Source of the DNA: Escherichia phage MLF4 | Sequence record: NC_055780.1 | Length of the DNA: 64,000 bases | Reading direction: 5' to 3' (one strand) | Translations under genes and position numbers: made by a program | Shown here: piece after piece, positions 27,115-37,821 of the stretch | Numbering within the stretch: the stretch's first letter is position 1 | Layout of the letters: the number at the start of each line of letters is the position of its first letter | The notes under the pieces: generated by a model | The model's input: the letters and a program-made list of their open reading frames with translations, nothing else | Told to the model about the DNA's origin: nothing | Database searches by the model: none

Positions 27115-27255
27115 ATGATATTTCTTGGATATGTGATACTTTTTCTCGCGTTTTATCTTTTCACTAGAGCGTGTTGGGTTGGATTCTTTAGCACACCAGA
27201 TGGGTTTATTTCAATAATTTTATTTTGCATTTCAATGACGGTTCTTGATATATGA
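27115..27255 (+). CDS. possible small membrane protein (46 aa)
   Basis: Hydrophobic peptide; stop overlaps gp47 start. Confidence 0.3.
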   Translation: MIFLGYVILFLAFYLFTRACWVGFFSTPDGFISIILFCISMTVLDI

Positions 27256-28271
27256 AAATTTTAAATTTAGGTGATTGGCATTTAGGCGTTAAAGCCGATG
27301 ATGAGTGGGTTCAATCCATTCAGTTAGATGGAATTAAACAAGCAATAGAATATTCTAAGAAAAATGGAATTACTACCTGGATTCAATACGGCGATATTTT
27401 TGATGTGCGAAAAGCAATCACGCATAAAACTATGGAGTTCGCTCGTGAAATAGTTCAAATGCTTGATGATGCCGGTATTACCCTACATACTGTTGTAGGA
27501 AACCATGATATGCACTTTAAAAATACTTTAACCCCAAATGCCTCTACTGAGCTTTTGGCTAAATATCCTAATGTTAAAGTGTATGATAAGCCTACTACAG
27601 TAGATTTTGACGGATGTTTGATTGATTTAATTCCTTGGATGTGTGAAGAAAATACTGGTGAAATTCTTGAGCATATCAAAACTTCATCTGCTTCTTTTTG
27701 TGTTGGTCACTGGGAACTGAACGGATTTTATTTTTATAAAGGAATGAAATCTCATGGTCTTGAACCTGATTTCCTTAAGACTTATAAAGAAGTGTGGTCT
27801 GGTCACTTCCATACTATCTCTGAGGCTGCTAACGTCAGATATATTGGGACACCATGGACACTAACTGCAGGTGACGAGAATGACCCTCGTGGGTTCTGGA
27901 TGTTTGATACAGAAACAGAACGAATGGAATTTATTCCAAACAATACTACCTGGCATCGTAGAATTCATTATCCATTTAAAGGAAAAATTGACTATAAAGA
28001 TTTTACAAATCTATCAGTACGTGTTATAGTAACTGAAGTAGACAAAAATCTGACGAAGTTCGAATCTGAACTAGAAAAAGTTGTGCATTCATTACGAGTT
28101 GTGTCAAAGATTGATAACTCTGTCGAGTCAGATGATAGTGAAGAAGTTGAAGTTCAATCTCTTCAGACATTGATGGAAGAATACATTAATGCAATTCCAG
28201 ACATCACTGATTCTGATCGCGAAGCACTTATTCAATATGCAAATCAGTTATATGTAGAGGCAACACAATGA
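27252..28271 (+). CDS. 47: recombination nuclease subunit gp47 (Mre11-like, 339 aa)
   Basis: Phosphoesterase motifs GDWHLG, GDIFD, GNHD; size and position. Confidence 0.85.
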   Translation: MKILNLGDWHLGVKADDEWVQSIQLDGIKQAIEYSKKNGITTWIQYGDIFDVRKAITHKTMEFAREIVQMLDDAGITLHTVVGNHDMHFKNTLTPNASTELLAKYPNVKVYDKPTTVDFDGCLIDLIPWMCEENTGEILEHIKTSSASFCVGHWELNGFYFYKGMKSHGLEPDFLKTYKEVWSGHFHTISEAANVRYIGTPWTLTAGDENDPRGFWMFDTETERMEFIPNNTTWHRRIHYPFKGKIDYKDFTNLSVRVIVTEVDKNLTKFESELEKVVHSLRVVSKIDNSVESDDSEEVEVQSLQTLMEEYINAIPDITDSDREALIQYANQLYVEATQ

Positions 28272-28531
28272 CTTTTGATGAATTTAAAAATGTTATGATG
28301 AGTCAGCATTTTGAATGCGAAGTAAAAGATGATATTGGGCATAAAGAAATTATTGAATATTGGTTTGAACCGTTAGAGGTTGAAGATAATTGTATTAAAA
28401 AGGTTACAGTCTGCACTGACTGGGCTGTATCTTTTAACTTCAACATTTTAGATAATGACACACCTAAATCATTACGAGATATGGCTGTATCTTGTATTAA
28501 GGATGCATACTGTGAAGTTTTCGACATTTGA
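28268..28531 (+). CDS. hypothetical protein (87 aa)
   Basis: ATGA overlap with gp47 stop. Confidence 0.45.
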   Translation: MTFDEFKNVMMSQHFECEVKDDIGHKEIIEYWFEPLEVEDNCIKKVTVCTDWAVSFNFNILDNDTPKSLRDMAVSCIKDAYCEVFDI

Positions 28532-28718
28532 CATTAATGATGAATTCATAGCAAACATTGATTATACCGAAGAAGATTCTAGATATGTTGGAATAATTTA
28601 TATCACATCAAAAGCAGCACAAGGCGTTGTTTGCATGGCTGAATTTGATGAATACTTTTTAGATTATGATGATATGATAGAATGGTCTAAAAGATACATT
28701 AAAAGGAATCTTTTGTGA
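28455..28718 (+). CDS. hypothetical protein (87 aa; start uncertain, alt ATG 28503)
   Basis: Overlaps upstream gene in another frame; neither candidate ATG has a well-spaced SD. Confidence 0.35.
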   Translation: MTHLNHYEIWLYLVLRMHTVKFSTFDINDEFIANIDYTEEDSRYVGIIYITSKAAQGVVCMAEFDEYFLDYDDMIEWSKRYIKRNLL

Positions 28719-30397
28719 AGAATTTTAAACTAAACCGAGTTAGGTATCAAAATATAATGTCAGTAGGTGGAAATCCTATTGACATTCAATTAGATAAGGT
28801 TCAAAAAACTCTTATTACTGGACGAAATGGCGGTGGTAAGTCTACTATGTTAGAAGCCATCACATTTGGGCTTTTTGGCAAGCCATTTCGTGATGTAAAG
28901 AAAGGTCAATTAATAAACAGCACAAATAAGAAAGAACTTTTAGTTGAACTGTGGATGGAATATGATGAGAAAAAGTACTATATCAAAAGAGGACAAAAAC
29001 CAAACGTTTTCGAAATCACCGTTAACGGTACACGTCTTAATGAATCTGCCAGCAGTAAAGATTTCCAAGCAGAATTTGAACAGCTTATCGGAATGTCATA
29101 TGCCAGTTTCAAGCAGATTGTTGTCCTTGGTACAGCAGGGTATACCCCTTTCATGGGTTTGTCGACCCCTGCGCGAAGAAAGCTTGTGGAAGACCTGCTT
29201 GAGGTAGGAACATTAGCTGAAATGGATAAGCTTAATAAAGCACTAATACGTGAATTAAATTCACAAAACCAAGTGCTTGATGTTAAAAAAGATAGTATTA
29301 TCCAACAAATTAAAATATATAATGATAACGTTGAACGCCAGAAAAAATTAACGGGTGACAACCTTACTCGTCTTCAAAATATGTATGATGATTTGGCAAA
29401 AGAAGCTAGAACGCTAAAATCGGAAATAGAAGAAGCTAATGAAAGATTAGTTAATATTGTTTTAGATGAAGACCCGACTGATGCATTTAATAAAATCGGT
29501 CAAGAAGCAGTTTTAATTAAATCAAAAATTGACTCGTATAATAAAGTCATTAATATGTATCACGAAGGTGGATTATGCCCAACCTGCTTGTCACAATTAA
29601 GTTCAGGTGATAAAGTTGTTTCTAAAATTAAAGATAAAGTTTCTGAATGTACGCATTCGTTTGAACAGCTTTCAACACATCGTGATAATTTAAAAGTTCT
29701 TGTTGATGAATACCGAGATAATATTAAAACCCAGCAGTCGTTGGCAAATGATATTCGCAATAAAAAGCAATCTCTGATCGCAGCAGTAGATAAAGCTAAA
29801 AAGGTTAAAGCGGCTATAGAAAAAGCATCTTCTGAGTTTATTGACCATGCTGATGAAATAGCACTGCTTCAAGAAGAACTTGATAAAATTGTTAAGACAA
29901 AAACTAATTTAGTAATGGAAAAATACCACCGAGGAATTTTGACTGATATGCTCAAAGATTCTGGTATTAAAGGTGCTATTATTAAAAAGTACATTCCATT
30001 ATTTAATAAGCAGATTAACCATTATCTTAAAATAATGGAAGCGGATTATGTGTTTACATTAGATGAAGAATTTAATGAGACAATTAAATCCCGTGGTCGT
30101 GAAGATTTTAGTTATGCTTCATTTAGTGAAGGTGAAAAGGCACGAATTGATATTGCTCTTTTATTTACTTGGCGTGATATTGCTTCTATCGTATCTGGTG
30201 TTAGTATTAGTACATTAATTCTTGATGAAGTGTTTGATGGGTCATTTGATGCCGAAGGTATTAAAGGTGTAGCTAATATTATAAATTCAATGAAAAACAC
30301 TAATGTTTTTATAATTTCGCATAAAGACCATGACCCGCAAGCATACGGTCAGCATCTTCAAATGAAGAAAGTTGGTCGATTTACTGTAATGGTTTAA
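28715..30397 (+). CDS. 46: recombination ATPase subunit gp46 (Rad50/SbcC-like, 560 aa), GTG start
   Basis: GTG after AAAAGGAA; Walker A GRNGGGKST, zinc hook CPTC, signature SFSEGEKA, Walker B LILDEVFD. Confidence 0.85.
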   Translation: MKNFKLNRVRYQNIMSVGGNPIDIQLDKVQKTLITGRNGGGKSTMLEAITFGLFGKPFRDVKKGQLINSTNKKELLVELWMEYDEKKYYIKRGQKPNVFEITVNGTRLNESASSKDFQAEFEQLIGMSYASFKQIVVLGTAGYTPFMGLSTPARRKLVEDLLEVGTLAEMDKLNKALIRELNSQNQVLDVKKDSIIQQIKIYNDNVERQKKLTGDNLTRLQNMYDDLAKEARTLKSEIEEANERLVNIVLDEDPTDAFNKIGQEAVLIKSKIDSYNKVINMYHEGGLCPTCLSQLSSGDKVVSKIKDKVSECTHSFEQLSTHRDNLKVLVDEYRDNIKTQQSLANDIRNKKQSLIAAVDKAKKVKAAIEKASSEFIDHADEIALLQEELDKIVKTKTNLVMEKYHRGILTDMLKDSGIKGAIIKKYIPLFNKQINHYLKIMEADYVFTLDEEFNETIKSRGREDFSYASFSEGEKARIDIALLFTWRDIASIVSGVSISTLILDEVFDGSFDAEGIKGVANIINSMKNTNVFIISHKDHDPQAYGQHLQMKKVGRFTVMV

Positions 30398-30410
30398 TTT
30401 ATAAGAGATT

Positions 30411-30435
30411 ATGCTTTAATTTATTAGAGTATAAT
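30411..30435 (+). promoter_or_regulatory. MotA-dependent middle-promoter-like element
   Basis: ATGCTTTA 30411-30418, 11-nt spacing, TATAAT 30430-30435. Confidence 0.5.
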
Positions 30436-30452
30436 CTCTATGGAGGAAAAAC

Positions 30453-30641
30453 ATGGAATATTCAACTGGACAGCATCTATTAACTATTCCTGAAATAAAA
30501 CGATATATTCTGAGAAATAATTTTTCTAATGAAGAGCATATAGTTACTGAATCTATGCTTAGGAATGCATTTAAAGCAGAATATACAAAAATAATGTCCA
30601 ATAGAAATGAAGCTTGGACTGTTACTGATTATTATGACTAA
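30453..30641 (+). CDS. hypothetical protein (62 aa)
   Basis: ATG after GGAGGAAAA. Confidence 0.45.
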   Translation: MEYSTGQHLLTIPEIKRYILRNNFSNEEHIVTESMLRNAFKAEYTKIMSNRNEAWTVTDYYD

Positions 30642-30650
30642 AGGTGTATT

Positions 30651-31040
30651 ATGACTAAAATTACTGTGAATTATACTGTTGATGTAAAAGATATTCAGCC
30701 AAAACACGTGCGTTCTGACTCAAATCCGCAAAACCAAAATAAAATTCGTCGCGCATGGGTTTTGTCTCTTTCTGATAACGCAATGGAAGTTATTCAGAAC
30801 AAAATTAAATCTGCACCTGCTCGTCATGCATATTATGAAGCTATCGATCGTGAAGTAAGTAATAAATGGATTGAACTAATGCGCAAACATACGACAGAAT
30901 CTCTAAATGCTGGTGCTAAATTTATTATGACTTCATGCGGTGAACGCCTTGAAGATGATTATTGCGGTAATGCAGATGAACGTCTAATTGTTGCTGCTCA
31001 AATTGTTGCGGAAACAATTGCTGCTGATTTTAATCGTTAA
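30651..31040 (+). CDS. rpbA: RNA polymerase-binding protein RpbA candidate (129 aa)
   Basis: Size and position between 46 and 45 only. Confidence 0.5.
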   Translation: MTKITVNYTVDVKDIQPKHVRSDSNPQNQNKIRRAWVLSLSDNAMEVIQNKIKSAPARHAYYEAIDREVSNKWIELMRKHTTESLNAGAKFIMTSCGERLEDDYCGNADERLIVAAQIVAETIAADFNR

Positions 31041-31066
31041 TTGCTTTATTAAATTAGTTATAAAAT
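31041..31066 (+). promoter_or_regulatory. MotA-dependent middle promoter upstream of gene 45
   Basis: TTGCTTTA 31041-31048, 12-nt spacing, TAAAAT 31061-31066. Confidence 0.5.
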
Positions 31067-31095
31067 TAAATCTCATTTGAATTGAAGGAAATTAC

Positions 31096-31782
31096 ATGAA
31101 ACTGTCTAAAGATACTACTGCTCTGCTTAAAAATTTCGCTACTATTAACTCTGGTATTATGCTTAAATCCGGTCAATTTATTATGACTCGTGCAGTTAAT
31201 GGTACAACTTATGCGGAAGCAAATATTTCTGACACTATTGATTTTGATGTAGCAATTTACGATTTGAATGGTTTTCTCGGTATTCTGTCTTTAGTTAATG
31301 ATGATGCAGAAATTTCCCAGTCAGAAGATGGAAATATTAAAATTGCTGATGCCCGTTCAACAATTTTTTGGCCAGCAGCCGATCCGAGTACAGTAGTTGC
31401 TCCTAATAAACCAATTCCATTCCCAGTAGCATCTGTTGTTACTGAAATTAAAGCTGAAGACCTTCAACAGCTGTTGCGTGTATCTCGTGGTCTGCAGATT
31501 GATACAATTGCTATCACGGTAAAAGAAGGTAAAATCGTAATTAACGGTTTTAATAAAGTAGAAGATTCTGCTCTGACCCGTGTTAAATATTCTTTGACTC
31601 TTGGTGATTATGATGGTGAAAATACATTTAATTTCATTATCAATATGGCAAATATGAAAATGCAACCAGGAAATTATAAACTTCTACTCTGGGCAAAAGG
31701 TAAACAAGGTGCTGCTAAATTTGAAGGTGAACACGCAAATTATGTAGTAGCTCTTGAAGCTGATTCTACCCACGATTTTTAA
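31096..31782 (+). CDS. 45: sliding clamp gp45 (228 aa)
   Basis: Size and position before 44/62 block. Confidence 0.8.
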   Translation: MKLSKDTTALLKNFATINSGIMLKSGQFIMTRAVNGTTYAEANISDTIDFDVAIYDLNGFLGILSLVNDDAEISQSEDGNIKIADARSTIFWPAADPSTVVAPNKPIPFPVASVVTEIKAEDLQQLLRVSRGLQIDTIAITVKEGKIVINGFNKVEDSALTRVKYSLTLGDYDGENTFNFIINMANMKMQPGNYKLLLWAKGKQGAAKFEGEHANYVVALEADSTHDF

Positions 31783-31784
31783 TA

Positions 31785-31803
31785 AAGGGCTTCGGCCCTT
31801 TAT
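31785..31803 (+). terminator. hairpin AAGGGC-TTCG-GCCCTT
   Basis: Same 16-nt element; sits between 45 and 44, probably attenuator or RNA stabiliser. Confidence 0.5.
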
Positions 31804-31833
31804 AATTTACACTAAAACTTGAATGAGGAAATT

Positions 31834-32793
31834 ATGATTACCGTAAATGAAAAAGAACACATTCTTGAACAGAAATATCGTCCATCTACTATCGATGAAT
31901 GTATTCTTCCCGCCTTTGATAAAGAAACCTTTAAATCTATTACAAGTAAAGGTAAGATTCCACATATTATTCTTCATTCTCCTTCTCCAGGAACAGGTAA
32001 AACAACTGTAGCGAAAGCATTGTGTCATGATGTAAATGCTGATATGATGTTTGTGAATGGGTCAGATTGTAAAATTGATTTCGTTCGTGGTCCTTTGACT
32101 AATTTTGCTAGCGCCGCTTCATTTGATGGGCGTCAAAAAGTAATCGTTATTGATGAATTTGACCGCTCAGGATTAGCAGAGTCTCAGCGACATCTTCGTT
32201 CCTTTATGGAAGCTTATAGTTCGAACTGTAGTATTATTATTACTGCTAACAATATTGATGGTATTATTAAACCGCTTCAGTCACGCTGCCGAGTTATCAC
32301 ATTCGGTCAACCGACCGATGAAGATAAAATTGAAATGATGAAGCAGATGATTCGTCGATTGACTGAAATCTGTAAGCATGAAGGAATTGCTATAGCTGAT
32401 ATGAAAGTTGTAGCAGCTTTGGTTAAAAAGAATTTTCCTGATTTTCGTAAAACTATTGGCGAGCTCGATAGTTATTCATCTAAAGGTGTTTTGGATGCTG
32501 GTATTTTATCACTGGTTACTAACGATCGTGGTGCTATTGATGATGTTCTTGAGTCTCTCAAAAATAAAGATGTTAAACAACTCAGAGCTTTAGCACCAAA
32601 ATATGCAGCCGATTATTCGTGGTTCGTGGGTAAACTTGCCGAAGAAATCTATTCACGTGTAACTCCACAGAGTATTATTCGTATGTACGAAATTGTCGGC
32701 GAAAATAATCAGTATCATGGTATTGCAGCTAATACTGAATTGCATCTAGTTTATCTTTTCATTCAGTTAGCATGTGAAATGCAGTGGAAGTGA
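31834..32793 (+). CDS. 44: clamp-loader large subunit gp44 (AAA+, 319 aa)
   Basis: ORF-track start 31819 is TTG; ATG 31834 after GAGGAAA; N-terminus [17 protein letters not shown]; Walker A GTGKTT. Confidence 0.85.
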   Translation: MITVNEKEHILEQKYRPSTIDECILPAFDKETFKSITSKGKIPHIILHSPSPGTGKTTVAKALCHDVNADMMFVNGSDCKIDFVRGPLTNFASAASFDGRQKVIVIDEFDRSGLAESQRHLRSFMEAYSSNCSIIITANNIDGIIKPLQSRCRVITFGQPTDEDKIEMMKQMIRRLTEICKHEGIAIADMKVVAALVKKNFPDFRKTIGELDSYSSKGVLDAGILSLVTNDRGAIDDVLESLKNKDVKQLRALAPKYAADYSWFVGKLAEEIYSRVTPQSIIRMYEIVGENNQYHGIAANTELHLVYLFIQLACEMQWK

Positions 32794-32794
32794 T

Positions 32795-33358
32795 ATGAGC
32801 TTATTTGAAGATGATATTCAATTAAACGAGCATCAAGTTGCTTGGTATTCAAAAGATTGGACAGCTGTCCAATCCGCTGCTGATTCTTTTAAAGAAAAAG
32901 CTGAAAATGAATTTTTTGAAATAATTGGAGCTATTAATAATAAAACTAAATGCTCTATTGCTCAAAAAGATTATTCAAAATTCATGGTTGAAAATGCATT
33001 ATCACAATTTCCAGAGTGCATGCCAGCTGTATATGCTATGAATTTAATTGGATCAGGCTTAAGCGATGAAGCTCATTTTAATTATCTAATGGCTGCAGTT
33101 CCTCGTGGTAAAAGATATGGTAAATGGGCAAAACTAGTTGAAGATTCCACCGAAGTATTGATTATTAAGTTACTTGCTAAGCGGTATCAAGTTAACACAA
33201 ATGATGCAATTAACTATAAATCAATTCTTACTAAAAATGGAAAACTTCCTTTAGTATTAAAAGAACTAAAAGGTTTAGTCACGGATGATTTTTTGAAAGA
33301 AGTGACTAAGAACGTAAAAGAACAGAAACAACTCAAAAAACTAGCATTGGAATGGTAA
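32795..33358 (+). CDS. 62: clamp-loader small subunit gp62 (187 aa)
   Basis: ATG overlapping gp44 stop; N-terminus [17 protein letters not shown]. Confidence 0.85.
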   Translation: MSLFEDDIQLNEHQVAWYSKDWTAVQSAADSFKEKAENEFFEIIGAINNKTKCSIAQKDYSKFMVENALSQFPECMPAVYAMNLIGSGLSDEAHFNYLMAAVPRGKRYGKWAKLVEDSTEVLIIKLLAKRYQVNTNDAINYKSILTKNGKLPLVLKELKGLVTDDFLKEVTKNVKEQKQLKKLALEW

Positions 33359-33359
33359 A

Positions 33360-33728
33360 ATGATTGAAATTACTCTTAAAAAACCTGAAGATTTTCTGAA
33401 AGTAAAAGAAACTTTGACTCGTATGGGAATTGCTAATAATAAAGATAAAGTTCTGTATCAGTCCTGTCATATTCTTCAGAAAAAAGGACTATACTATATC
33501 GTTCATTTTAAAGAAATGCTTCGTATGGATGGCCGTCAAGTTGAAATGACAGAAGAAGATGAAGTTCGTCGTGATTCGATTGCATGGCTGTTAGAAGATT
33601 GGGGACTAATTGAAATCGTTCCTGGACAAAGAACTTTTATGAAAGATTTAACTAATAACTTCCGAGTTATTTCTTTTAAACAAAAGCACGAATGGAAACT
33701 CGTTCCTAAATATACGATTGGTAATTAA
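33360..33728 (+). CDS. regA: translational repressor RegA (122 aa)
   Basis: Size and position after 62. Confidence 0.75.
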   Translation: MIEITLKKPEDFLKVKETLTRMGIANNKDKVLYQSCHILQKKGLYYIVHFKEMLRMDGRQVEMTEEDEVRRDSIAWLLEDWGLIEIVPGQRTFMKDLTNNFRVISFKQKHEWKLVPKYTIGN

Positions 33729-33738
33729 GGTAAATTAT

Positions 33739-33975
33739 ATGACACAATCAGAGATTCAGTTTACCGAAGCTTTTCTAATATTCGAAAATCTAAAACAAAC
33801 ATATGGTCTGTCTTCTACCCAACTAGTTTTTGACCTCCCGGAAGATAAACAAATAGAATTCCAAAAAGAATTCCAACGATTAGTTTACCCACGCCAACGC
33901 GTATTTCATGCGATTATCAAAACCACAAATAAAGATGGCAAGTCCGTTATATCGCGTCGTACAATAGAAATTTAA
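33739..33975 (+). CDS. hypothetical protein (78 aa) between regA and 43
   Basis: ORF-track start 33718 is TTG; ATG at 33739. Confidence 0.4.
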   Translation: MTQSEIQFTEAFLIFENLKQTYGLSSTQLVFDLPEDKQIEFQKEFQRLVYPRQRVFHAIIKTTNKDGKSVISRRTIEI

Positions 33976-33979
33976 AGCA

Positions 33980-34000
33980 AAGGGGCTTCGGCCCCTTATT
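33980..34000 (+). terminator. hairpin AAGGGGC-TTCG-GCCCCTT
   Basis: 7-bp stem, UUCG loop. Confidence 0.5.
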
Positions 34001-34018
34001 TGGAGTATAATATATCAA

Positions 34019-34055
34019 GAGCCTAATAACTCGGGCTATAAACTAAGGAATATCT
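34019..34055 (+). promoter_or_regulatory. candidate gp43 autogenous translational operator (hairpin plus SD)
   Basis: AGCC-(10 nt)-GGCT hairpin 34020-34037 just 5' of SD TAAGGAA and ATG 34056. Confidence 0.45.
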
Positions 34056-36752
34056 ATGAAAGAATTTTATATCTCTATTGAAACAGTCGGAAATAACATT
34101 GTTGAACGTTATATTGATGAAAACGGAAAGGAACGTACTCGTGAAGTAGAATATCTTCCAACTATGTTTAGACATTGTAAGGAAGAGTCAAAGTACAAAG
34201 ACATCTATGGTAAAAACTGTGCTCCTCAAAAATTTCCATCAATGAAAGATGCTCGAGATTGGATGAAACGAATGGAAGACATCGGTCTCGAAGCTCTCGG
34301 TATGAACGATTTTAAACTCGCTTATATCAGTGATACATATGGTTCAGAAATTGTTTATGACCGAAAATTTGTTCGTGTAGCTAACTGTGACATTGAGGTT
34401 ACTGGTGATAAATTTCCTGACCCAATGAAAGCTGAATATGAAATTGATGCTATCACTCATTACGATTCAATTGATGATCGTTTTTATGTTTTCGACCTTT
34501 TGAATTCAATGTACGGTTCAGTATCAAAATGGGATGCAAAGTTAGCTGCTAAGCTTGACTGTGAAGGTGGTGATGAAGTTCCTCAAGAAATTCTTGACCG
34601 AGTAATTTATATGCCATTCGATAATGAGCGTGATATGCTCATGGAATATATTAATCTTTGGGAACAGAAACGACCTGCTATTTTTACTGGTTGGAATATT
34701 GAGGGATTTGACGTTCCGTATATCATGAATCGTGTTAAAATGGTTCTTGGTGAACGCAGTATGAAACGCTTCTCTCCAATCGGTCGAGTAAAATCTAAAC
34801 TTATCCAAAATATGTACGGTAGCAAAGAAATTTATTCTATTGATGGCGTATCTATTCTTGATTATTTAGATTTGTATAAGAAATTCGCATTTACTAATTT
34901 GCCGTCATTCTCTTTGGAATCAGTTGCTCAGCATGAAACCAAAAAAGGTAAATTACCATACGACGGTCCTATTAATAAACTTCGTGAGACTAATCATCAG
35001 CGATACATTAGTTATAACATCATTGACGTAGAATCAGTTCAAGCGATTGATAAAATTCGTGGGTTTATCGATCTAGTTTTAAGTATGTCTTATTACGCTA
35101 AAATGCCTTTTTCTGGTGTAATGAGTCCCATTAAAACTTGGGATGCTATTATTTTTAACTCATTGAAAGGTGAACATAAGGTTATTCCTCAACAAGGTTC
35201 ACACGTTAAACAGAGTTTTCCGGGTGCATTTGTGTTTGAACCTAAACCAATTGCTCGTCGATATATTATGAGTTTTGACTTGACGTCTCTGTATCCGAGC
35301 ATTATTCGTCAGGTTAACATTAGTCCTGAGACTATTCGTGGTCAGTTTAAAGTTCATCCAATTCATGAATATATCGCAGGAACAGCTCCTAAGCCAAGTG
35401 AAGAATATTCTTGTTCTCCGAATGGATGGATGTACGATAAGCATCAAGAAGGTATCATTCCAAAGGAAATCGCTAAAGTATTTTTCCAGCGTAAAGATTG
35501 GAAAAAGAAAATGTTCGCTGAAGAAATGAATGCCGAAGCTATTAAAAAGATTATTATGAAAGGCGCAGGGTCTTGTTCAACTAAACCTGAAGTTGAACGA
35601 TATGTTAAGTTCAGTGATGATTTCTTAAATGAACTATCGAATTATACTGAATCTGTTCTCAATAGTTTGATTGAAGAATGTGAAAAAGCAGCTACACTTG
35701 CTAACACAAATCAGCTGAACCGTAAAATTCTTATTAACAGTCTTTACGGTGCTCTTGGTAATATTCATTTCCGTTACTATGATTTGCGAAATGCTACTGC
35801 TATCACAATTTTCGGCCAAGTTGGTATTCAGTGGATTGCTCGTAAAATTAATGAGTATCTGAATAAAGTATGTGGAACTAATGGCGAAGATTTCATCGCA
35901 GCAGGTGATACTGATTCGGTATATGTTTGTGTAGATAAAGTTATTGAAAAAGTTGGTCTTGACCGATTCAAAGAGCAGAACGATTTAGTTGAATTCATGA
36001 ATCAGTTCGGTAAGAAAAAGATGGAACCTATGATTGATGTTGCATATCGTGAGTTATGTGATTATATGAATAACCGCGAGCATCTGATGCATATGGACCG
36101 TGAAGCTATTTCTTGCCCTCCACTTGGTTCAAAGGGCGTTGGTGGATTTTGGAAAGCGAAAAAGCGTTATGCTCTGAACGTTTATGATATGGAAGATAAG
36201 CGATTTGCTGAACCGCATCTAAAAATCATGGGTATGGAAACTCAGCAAAGTTCAACGCCTAAAGCGGTCCAAGAAGCTCTTGAAGAAAGTATCCGTCGTA
36301 TTCTTCAAGAAGGCGAAGAGTCTGTTCAAGAATATTATAAGAACTTTGAGAAAGAATATCGTCAACTTGACTATAAAGTTATTGCTGAAGTAAAAACTGC
36401 GAACGATATAGCGAAATATGATGATAAAGGTTGGCCAGGATTTAAATGTCCGTTCCATATTCGTGGTGTGCTAACTTATCGTCGAGCTGTTAACGGTTTA
36501 GGGGTAGCTCCAATTTTGGATGGAAATAAAGTAATGGTTCTTCCATTGCGTGAAGGAAATCCATTTGGTGACAAGTGCATTGCTTGGCCGTCGGGCACAG
36601 AACTTCCAAAAGAAATTCGTTCTGACGTACTGTCTTGGATTGACTACTCAACTTTGTTCCAAAAATCGTTTGTTAAACCGCTTGCAGGCATGTGTGAATC
36701 GGCAGGTATGGACTATGAAGAAAAAGCTTCGTTAGACTTCCTGTTTGGCTGA
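34056..36752 (+). CDS. 43: DNA polymerase gp43 (family B, 898 aa)
   Basis: Exo motif CDIEV, pol motifs DLTSLYPSI and AAGDTDSVY; size. Confidence 0.9.
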   Translation: MKEFYISIETVGNNIVERYIDENGKERTREVEYLPTMFRHCKEESKYKDIYGKNCAPQKFPSMKDARDWMKRMEDIGLEALGMNDFKLAYISDTYGSEIVYDRKFVRVANCDIEVTGDKFPDPMKAEYEIDAITHYDSIDDRFYVFDLLNSMYGSVSKWDAKLAAKLDCEGGDEVPQEILDRVIYMPFDNERDMLMEYINLWEQKRPAIFTGWNIEGFDVPYIMNRVKMVLGERSMKRFSPIGRVKSKLIQNMYGSKEIYSIDGVSILDYLDLYKKFAFTNLPSFSLESVAQHETKKGKLPYDGPINKLRETNHQRYISYNIIDVESVQAIDKIRGFIDLVLSMSYYAKMPFSGVMSPIKTWDAIIFNSLKGEHKVIPQQGSHVKQSFPGAFVFEPKPIARRYIMSFDLTSLYPSIIRQVNISPETIRGQFKVHPIHEYIAGTAPKPSEEYSCSPNGWMYDKHQEGIIPKEIAKVFFQRKDWKKKMFAEEMNAEAIKKIIMKGAGSCSTKPEVERYVKFSDDFLNELSNYTESVLNSLIEECEKAATLANTNQLNRKILINSLYGALGNIHFRYYDLRNATAITIFGQVGIQWIARKINEYLNKVCGTNGEDFIAAGDTDSVYVCVDKVIEKVGLDRFKEQNDLVEFMNQFGKKKMEPMIDVAYRELCDYMNNREHLMHMDREAISCPPLGSKGVGGFWKAKKRYALNVYDMEDKRFAEPHLKIMGMETQQSSTPKAVQEALEESIRRILQEGEESVQEYYKNFEKEYRQLDYKVIAEVKTANDIAKYDDKGWPGFKCPFHIRGVLTYRRAVNGLGVAPILDGNKVMVLPLREGNPFGDKCIAWPSGTELPKEIRSDVLSWIDYSTLFQKSFVKPLAGMCESAGMDYEEKASLDFLFG

Positions 36753-36765
36753 TAGAATAAATCTA

Positions 36766-36786
36766 GGGACCTCCGGGTCCCTTTTT
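36766..36786 (+). terminator. hairpin terminator (GGGACC-TCCG-GGTCCC + T5)
   Basis: 6-bp GC stem and TTTTT. Confidence 0.6.
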
Positions 36787-36867
36787 CACACAAGTAATAT
36801 AAATCTATACTTAGGAAAAATAGATGATTCTGGACCTTTAGAATTCCCTAAAAAATTTCACAAAACT

Positions 36868-36897
36868 GTTTACAAGACTGTTCTTCCATGGTACTAT
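36868..36897 (+). promoter_or_regulatory. T4-type early promoter with TTTCACAAAA upstream element
   Basis: GTTTAC 36868-36873, 18-nt spacer, TACTAT 36892-36897. Confidence 0.6.
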
Positions 36898-36934
36898 ACA
36901 ACTATCAACTACTGATACAGATTTGGAGAATAAA

Positions 36935-37171
36935 ATGAAAATTGTTATGGGATGCTTAGCAGTTTGTTTAGTTGCATTAGCAGCAGTTCCATTTGTTAGT
37001 GTTGAAAATGATACTCAACCTGTGATTGAATCTAGCACCGTTATTCACACTAATGGTAAAATATCAGTTAAAATTGATGATAATCTTCATGTGAATACAA
37101 ATGGGTCTTTAGGTGTGCAAATGGGTAATATCTGCATAAGCACTACTGGAGTAATTACTACTTGCATTTGA
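36935..37171 (+). CDS. secreted/membrane small protein (78 aa)
   Basis: ORF-track start 36923 is TTG; ATG after GGAGAATAAA; hydrophobic N-terminus. Confidence 0.45.
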   Translation: MKIVMGCLAVCLVALAAVPFVSVENDTQPVIESSTVIHTNGKISVKIDDNLHVNTNGSLGVQMGNICISTTGVITTCI

Positions 37172-37181
37172 GGAAATTATT

Positions 37182-37562
37182 ATGAAAATCGCTATTTTGG
37201 TTATTGCATTAGGTCTTACTGGTTGTGTAGCTCAAGGACCGGTAGTAAATCAGTCTGATGTAGGAAAAATTGTAAACTGTTCAAGCAAATTTTATAATCC
37301 TAATGTCAAGTGTTATAAAGAAGCTCCAAAGCAAACAGTAGAACAAATGCAGGCAAATTTTGACGAAGCTATTCGTCCAGATGAATCTGCTCAAGCATAT
37401 CGTAATTCGGATGTAATTACACGCGAAGAAAAAATTGAAAACTACTGCGCCGAGCTTTGGGCAAATTGGGCTAATAATTACCAATGGCGTACCGGTAAAA
37501 ATGCTCCGATGGAGTATGTAGTGAATTCTTATAATTCATGTGTAAAAAATTTGACTAAGTGA
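37182..37562 (+). CDS. putative lipoprotein (126 aa)
   Basis: Signal peptide with lipobox LTGC. Confidence 0.5.
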   Translation: MKIAILVIALGLTGCVAQGPVVNQSDVGKIVNCSSKFYNPNVKCYKEAPKQTVEQMQANFDEAIRPDESAQAYRNSDVITREEKIENYCAELWANWANNYQWRTGKNAPMEYVVNSYNSCVKNLTK

Positions 37563-37569
37563 GGAAAAC

Positions 37570-37821
37570 ATGGAAACTTTAGTAGCAGGTTCAATTTTTA
37601 TGGTTTTAGTTTCAGGTGTGTTGGCTATTATTATATACATGCTTCCATGGTTTATTGCCTTGATGCGTGGGTCAAAATCGACAGTAGGAATCTTTTTCAC
37701 ATCTTTACTGTTTAACTGGTCAATTATTGGTTGGTTTATTACATTTATTTGGTCAATTGCTGGTGAAACTAAAAAGTCTGCACAACCAAATCAGGTAATT
37801 ATCATCAGAGAGAAGGAATGA
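37570..37821 (+). CDS. imm: superinfection immunity membrane protein Imm candidate (83 aa)
   Basis: Two hydrophobic helices; size and position between 43 and 42. Confidence 0.6.
   Translation: METLVAGSIFMVLVSGVLAIIIYMLPWFIALMRGSKSTVGIFFTSLLFNWSIIGWFITFIWSIAGETKKSAQPNQVIIIREKE

Noticed and set aside
28978-29361. 127-aa minus-strand ORF inside gene 46
   Set aside because: Antisense to a conserved recombination ATPase; no RBS; low-complexity translation.
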